Shown: positions 58,126 to 64,000 of the stretch, piece after piece
Layout: each line of letters opens with the position of its first letter
How positions within the stretch are numbered: the first letter of the stretch is position 1
DNA from: Macrostomum lignano
Lineage: Eukaryota
Length of the DNA: 64,000 nucleotides
Assembly: GCA_002269645.1 (NCBI GenBank)
Contig: NIVC01003347.1
Location: 1 to 64,000, forward strand
Reading direction: 5' to 3'
Program-made: the position numbers and the translations under genes
The notes under the pieces: generated by a model
The model's input: only the letters and a program-made list of their open reading frames with translations
Database searches by the model: none
Told to the model about the DNA's origin: nothing

Positions 58126-61100
58126 CGTCAGCTCCAGCTTCCGCCGTTTGCTGTTGCCTTTTGTTGCGGCTGGCGTCGTGTCCCCGCCGCCATTGTCGCA
58201 GCTGCCGCCGCGGCCGCTGTCATCGTTGGAGCCGTCTGTGGACCGGAGGCTGGCAAAGTCTGGCGGAGGCGGGCTTTCCCGCTGCTGCTTGTAGAAGAGG
58301 CTGCGGCTCTGCTGGGTTCAGTGTGACAAGACGGGCATTGCGTGGGACCGACTGCATAGGGTTTATGGTTTCAGTGACTACTGTTAAACAAATAGGATGG
58401 AATATTGGATAAATTTCACTCGCAGGCGCTCTGTTCTACTCATAGTATGCGTTCGCAATATCGAATTAAAAATCGAAAAATTACTCATATTTCTGCAACA
58501 ACGGCTAGATAAGAATTGCTTTTTGGTCAACTTAAAAAACTTTCCCTAAACTTCGCCATGATTTAATCCGCTGCTATTTTATTCCAGCAAATTTAATATG
58601 AAAGACGTGACAGTCATGACGTTGGCCTAATGAATAATATACAAGTGAATTCAAGCAGGTAACTTTTCTCCTGACCTGACGGTGCGCAGCCTGTCTGCCT
58701 GTCATCGGGACGCTGGCCTCATCGTCCTCAAATTCTTGGCGGGCTGTCGGGCCTCGGCTGAACAGAGGACGCCGGGTTTGGCTCCTGCCCGATGCAGTGC
58801 CTGCGGCTGAGGGAATGCGAATTGAAGTGCCGGTTTGACATCCCCACTGTTTTTTGTTGATAAAAATAATATAAATATAATGACTGACTACACATGCCCT
58901 AATGGGCAGGTGTGCAACCGACAGCTCAGTAGCAGCCATTGCGCGGCGCATCTGAAGGCTGCGTACGGCTGGTCAGTCCAAGGACTGGGGGGGGGGGGGT
59001 CGCCACACACCCTCAATTACCCCAGCTAATGCTGGCACCCATTTTACAGCTGGGTGAGCTGAAGCAATGCAGAGTTAATTGTCTTGCTCAAGGACACAAT
59101 TTGTTCCGAGTGAGTCGAGAATCGAACCCCCGACATTCCAGTCGCGAGTCCTTCGGGTTTACTTCAGACACTACTGAAAGTAGCATTTAATCATTTATGC
59201 ACAATACTTTATTTGAGCAATGCAGTCAGAACCAATAGGCGAACAAAGGTCTGGACAAGCCGGCGTAAGGAAGAATGCTGTATTTTGACATGGCCATTAC
59301 GCTTTGTGCTGTGGAGTTGTAATTTGGCATGGCCGTTATGCTCTTGTGCTGTGGAGTTGTAATTTGGCATGGCCGTTATGCTCTTGTGCTGTGGAGTTGT
59401 AATTTCGCATGCCCGTTATGCTCTGTCCTGTAGCTGTACTAAAAGGCTAAAGATAAGAACGATCACAATGCCAATTTTCCAGCTTATTTGCCTACCTATC
59501 CGCGTAGAAGTCGAGAATTTAAGCTTCATCTTTTCACTAATTAGAACAGATACGCCAATTTCAGTCCCAATGCCCTGCTCCATGCTAATCTCTTCATTAA
59601 CCTGGAAGGGCATTAGCATTAGTGAAGCACCCGGATAAGCGCCATGGGTGCATTCCGCTGCTTAATCCCGCGCCCATGTCTGTTTGCCGCTAATTCTGAT
59701 TGCTAGCTGCAGGAGACGAGCAGGTCGAAAGCAGCTCTCCCGGTGCCCAGATAATCCAGCCATACGAAACAGAGTTTAATCAGTAAGTCGCCCCTAGCAC
59801 CGGAAGGCATCCTCGATATGAGCGCTTTCATGGAGACTGAATATCATTTTGAAAAAGTCATTCCCAGCCTGTAATTCCTGCAATAACTGGCTCTAAAACC
59901 TGATGGACAGATTGCTGGGCAAACTGGAGACTGAAGTACACTATATTTTTCAGATTCCCGCAGAATGTTTAAAATTTACAGATCTCTGAAGCTATTTAGT
60001 TACATTTAAGATGCATATTTAAGATACATATAAATCCACTTTCCTCTTAATTCAAATACAGTTGTGGCAAATCTGGACAGCTGAAATCTGAACTCACCAA
60101 TGCAGCGGCGGCGGCACGAGATGACCAGCAAGCCCGTGACGAGAACCAGCAGGAAGGCTGCAGTCGCGAACACGAGTCCCGCGATCACAATAAAGCCATC
60201 GGTGCCCGCTGTTCCTGGGCCACTGACATCCCCGTCAGAGTGAAGCACTCGCTCGGTTCGAACGAATTCTACATCGAGCGACTGAACATCTTCGAGCGGA
60301 GGCTGACCGAGATCTCGCACCATCAGAGTCAGCCGAATTGGCTGGGCGGCGAGTTCTGGCGCCAACGGTCGGACCAGAATGACCTGGCCGGTGTCCGCGT
60401 CGACGTGAAAGGCCGAATCTTTCGGAGCCAGCAGGCTGAACCGGAACCGCCCATTGGCGCCGCTGTCTGCGTCCGTGGCCAGCAGCTGCGCCACTCTGCC
60501 TGCCACTGGGACTCCGCCGGCTGGCAGGCGGATCGTCCGGTTCCACCGCGACGGGAACAGAAACTGAGGTCGGTTGTCGTTGACATCGTCGACCTCTACT
60601 ACCACTGCGGTAGCCGCTGTACAGGGAGGCTGCCCGGAGTCGGCCACCTCAACACCAAACTGGAAGCGGCGATGGCGCTCTCTGTCCAGCGGGTTCAAGA
60701 GAACCAGCAGACCGTCCTGAGTCACGTTGAAGTGCCATTCGGCAGTTGAATCAGACTGGGCACTCGTTTGAGTGAGGCGGAAGCTGAGCCGCCCGTTCTC
60801 GCCAGTGTCCGCATCGCTGGCATTCAGCTGCCCGATGACGTGGCCTGCAAGGAGACGTGGTTTGCTCTACGGGTTGCATTGCGCACGGCCATGGTGCACT
60901 CGTAAGAAACTTGTACCTCAATTTTACTGACTCCTGATCCATTCCGCTGTTTCCTGAGCACATAGAAGAGCGCCAATACGCGGGCACGCAGTTGTACACA
61001 CGCTCACACAGGGTGTACAGCGGCCCTGACTTTATAATCGTCAGGCATGTTCACTCTCTGTGCCTTGGGGGCTTGGACCTCATGACTGTTGAATCGCACG

Positions 61101-63405
61101 ACAACTCCCTGGTCAATTTTCGCTGCTTTGTGCTGCTTCGGAGCTGCTATGGTTGCAGTGATTTCTCCAGTAGGATTTTTATCCCATAGCAGTGCAAACT
61201 GTGACGACTTGGGGGAACTTCTATATGAGTGAATCCAAGCAGTCTATCTGCCAGTGCAACAGCAGCTTGTGCACATTTGAATTCCCATGCAGTTTAAATC
61301 CCTTTTTCCAATTCTCATGAACGCTGACTGACTCAACTGCGAAGTAAAAAAGGATGAATAGGAGGAATTCGAGAGAGGGAAGACATGAGAGAGAGAGGGA
61401 CTACTAGTATCAGATCCACGTCAGAAATCTGTTTCAACATTAGCCATAGCTCTTTATTGCTGTCACTCTGGATGCTGCGTGCAGCATAATTCTATTTATG
61501 CTTGCCATGGTTCCTGACCCGCGGATCTGATGTTATTCGGCAGATAACCCACCAGTGGTCAATCACTTATTGCCGTTTACTCGTAAAAAGGCAGTATTCC
61601 TCCGCCTCCTCGCAATACTCAGTACCTACCCCTCCGAAAGTATTTATTTTACTTTAAACATTTACCGCTTTACCAGAACAATCGAAATTGACATTGCAAA
61701 CCGATTACACTAAGGTTCGAACTCAAGAGTATCCCCGTATATTGTAAACATTATGACCGTAAATATTGTTGTACAAAACCTTTAAAGGCTCTAAATAGTC
61801 CCTAAATATGTCCTGCGACCTTAGTGGGGATAGTTGCTATGGAAACGATGGGACAACCAGATAATGCGAATAAATGCGAATTTCATAAAATTTATCTTTG
61901 TACACTGCAACCACACCCAACATACTAATAGAATTGTGCCACAGACAGTTCGTACTCAATCTTACTCATTCACTGTCACTTGATTTGGTGTAAAACACTT
62001 ACCACAGGCAGCATCTTCAGCCACGTGAAAGGCAAGACAGGCCGCAACAATGGGGCAATTGTCATTGTCATCCGTGACGTCAACGGTTACGAGGACAGAT
62101 CCAGTAAGTCCTGGCCTTCCGGCATCCACAGCCAGTGCCATGAACTGATGACGGGCCTGGGACTCCCGGTCCAGCCTCTTCAGCAACCGCACCGAACCAT
62201 CAGTGGGTGAAAGCTCAAAAAACATTCGCGCGTTTGTGTCCGTGAGGTTGGAGTAGGTCTCAGCGTCCGCCATTTTATATGTGACTCTGCCGTTGTCGCC
62301 AGAATCTGGGTCTTCTGCTACTAGACGAAAGACAAATGCTGTTTTGGAACTGTTGTTGTCAGGCTGGGTTCTCTCATTCACGCTAAAGTGCAAGTGGCCC
62401 TTGCTAACAAAGTGAGGCGCATTGTCGTTGACGTCGGAAATCTCAACGCGAAGCGTCCTCTCTGCGGTGTTGGCCGGCTGTCCAAGGTCGCGGCACCGGA
62501 TAGAGACGCTCACGGCGGCGCCGTCTGACTCGCGGTCGAACGATCGCGAAGTTAATAACTTATAAAGCTGTGGCGGAGCGCCTTCTGGGTTCAGCGGTTC
62601 GAGCGCAAATGCGTCCAGCGGATCCTGCAGCCAGCAGGAAACCTTGGGTAAGGAATAAGACTTCTGAATTGATACCAACTTGATTCATGATAGTTCAACA
62701 ATAGTAAAAAATGAATAATTATCTTTGACCCTATAGTATAGCCTCGGTAGGTACTTGAGCACCCCTTTGTGGGACAAAAGCAGAACCCCATTCGGTAGTA
62801 TTGAGATATGCCTTTATGAAAAAAAAATTGAAAGTCCAAACGAAAAAACCATCGGAGTCCATGTACAAGTGCGTGGAATTTTAGTGCCTCTTGCGGCAGC
62901 TGGTTTGCGTTAAGGACAGAAAAAAGGAAACCCAGTTCTTCTCGGTCTTTCCGATGTTGCAAACGATTGTTCAAAGTATGACAACGAAACAGAAGAAATA
63001 AAAAAGCAAAAAAATCTGAAAATTTGAAACCTGGCCGTTGGTGCCCGAGTCGGCGTCAGTGACGGTAACTATGCTGACGGTACGGCGCGGCGGCTCATTC
63101 TCGGTCACGACAGGCCGCTCGGTGTTGACCAGAATGCGCGGCGCTTCATCATTGACGTCAACGATTTCAACGACTACCAACGTGGTGCCCTGGCGCGGGG
63201 CGCTTGGACTGCGGTCTTGGGCCATCAGCGAAAACTCGTGCTCCTGATTTTGCTCAAAGTCGAGGTTTCCGGTCACCCGAACGATGCCAGTGACCGGGTC
63301 CACCCTGAACAGAGACCGGACCCGGGCCGGTGCAAAAGCCGGGATTGAGTACGTCACCTGACCGTTGACGCCAGCGTCCCCATCGATGGCTTTTACTTGC
63401 AGAAC
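58126..63405 (-). CDS. Protocadherin (delta-like), 3' part; 5' exons outside the window, final exon(s) unresolved
   Basis: Phase-compatible exons 63405-63031, 62642-62003, 60844-60098, 58800(58806)-58676, 58311(58308)-58126. Cadherin motifs DFE/DRE, DxDxGxNG, DVNDNAP in five repeats, TM FIVIAGLVFATAAFLLVLVTGLLV, cytoplasmic DDSGRGGSCD resembling CM1. Confidence 0.9.
58889..59175 (-). mobile_element. tRNA-derived CORE-type SINE, family A copy 2
   Basis: B box GGGGTTCGATTCTC. GTGTCCTTGAGCAAGACAATTAAC..CTTCAGCT..CTGTAAAATGGG resembles the MIR CORE (comparison from memory). Aligns with 24199-24460. Confidence 0.8.
59289..59427. repeat. 40-bp tandem repeat, about 3.5 copies
   Basis: CATGGCCGTTATGCTCTTGTGCTGTGGAGTTGTAATTTGG read directly. 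Confidence 0.9.
60939..61100 (-). mobile_element. SINE family B body copy in protocadherin intron
   Basis: Reverse complement reads GTGCGATTCAAC..CCCCAAGGCACAGAGAGTGAACATGCCTGAC..AAAGTCAGGGCCGCTGTACA, matching 759-927. Confidence 0.6.
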
Positions 63406-64000
63406 CTTAACAAAATTTTTGACAAATTTTTATTAAAGAATTAGCATTCCTACACCGGTAGTATGTTATGTTCTCAAATTCTTTGTAAACTGCAACCGAT
63501 AGCTGCGGATCTACTTGTTATGGCTAATTATATAGCTAACAAAGGTGACGAAGGTGACGAAGGGAAAGAAGATGCATTTGGTAAAGTGTGGGGAGATTGA
63601 AATGGAAGGGGGGGGGCGCAGAAAGCTATTGTGGCTGCGCTGTCTCCATACTAAATTCTCAGCTACTCCTGGAAACAAAGAGAACCCTGCGGTCATTTGT
63701 AGCAGAGTTGTGAAGAGTGAGAAATCCCTAGCGAGGGCAATTCATCTCTCTGCTGCCCAACACTTCATCTCTATTCATCCACTACTTCGACGCCCACTTC
63801 TGCTGGCCCTGCTGGTACAGCTAACTAAAAATATCATCCTGAAGCTGCAACTCCTCCAGGTTTTGTATGCTTGCTGCTTTGTCAACGTTTCTATGACAAT
63901 GCATACCAAATTGAAAGGTGCTACAGTATTGAGTTCATTGCTGATGGAGAGAAAAGTGAGAGTGAATACTATGCTCAAGAAATTGATTTTTATAGCAATG

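Overview
Eukaryotic (metazoan) genomic DNA: GC-rich spliced exons with GT-AG introns in AT-rich, repeat-dense spacers. Gene content and style suggest a lophotrochozoan, possibly a free-living flatworm such as Macrostomum; this is an inference, not a database result. Eight genes were assembled by hand from splice sites and reading frame: the 3' half of a KCNQ (Kv7) channel (+), a 4-exon orphan 7TM receptor (-), ERp44 (-), an MFSD4/NaGLT1-like MFS transporter (+), a CBP/p300 acetyltransferase with a 3.25-kb exon (+), an odd-skipped-related zinc-finger factor (+), an intron-free DEG/ENaC channel ORF with an atypical pore (-), and the 3' part of a delta-like protocadherin (-). Between them lie a defective mariner, two tRNA-derived SINE families (one CORE-type, one unclassified with a conserved hairpin), about eight MITE-like elements (several with intact 8-9 bp target-site duplications) and about a dozen unrelated mini/microsatellites. 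Two genes (KCNQ, ERp44) are one base short of an open frame at homopolymer runs, most likely assembly error. No rRNA, intact tRNA, CRISPR array or prokaryotic system was found. The best leads are the unusual DEG/ENaC pore and its unresolved 5' end next to the protocadherin tail, the KCNQ tail frameshift, the intron-poor CBP, and the hairpin SINE family.
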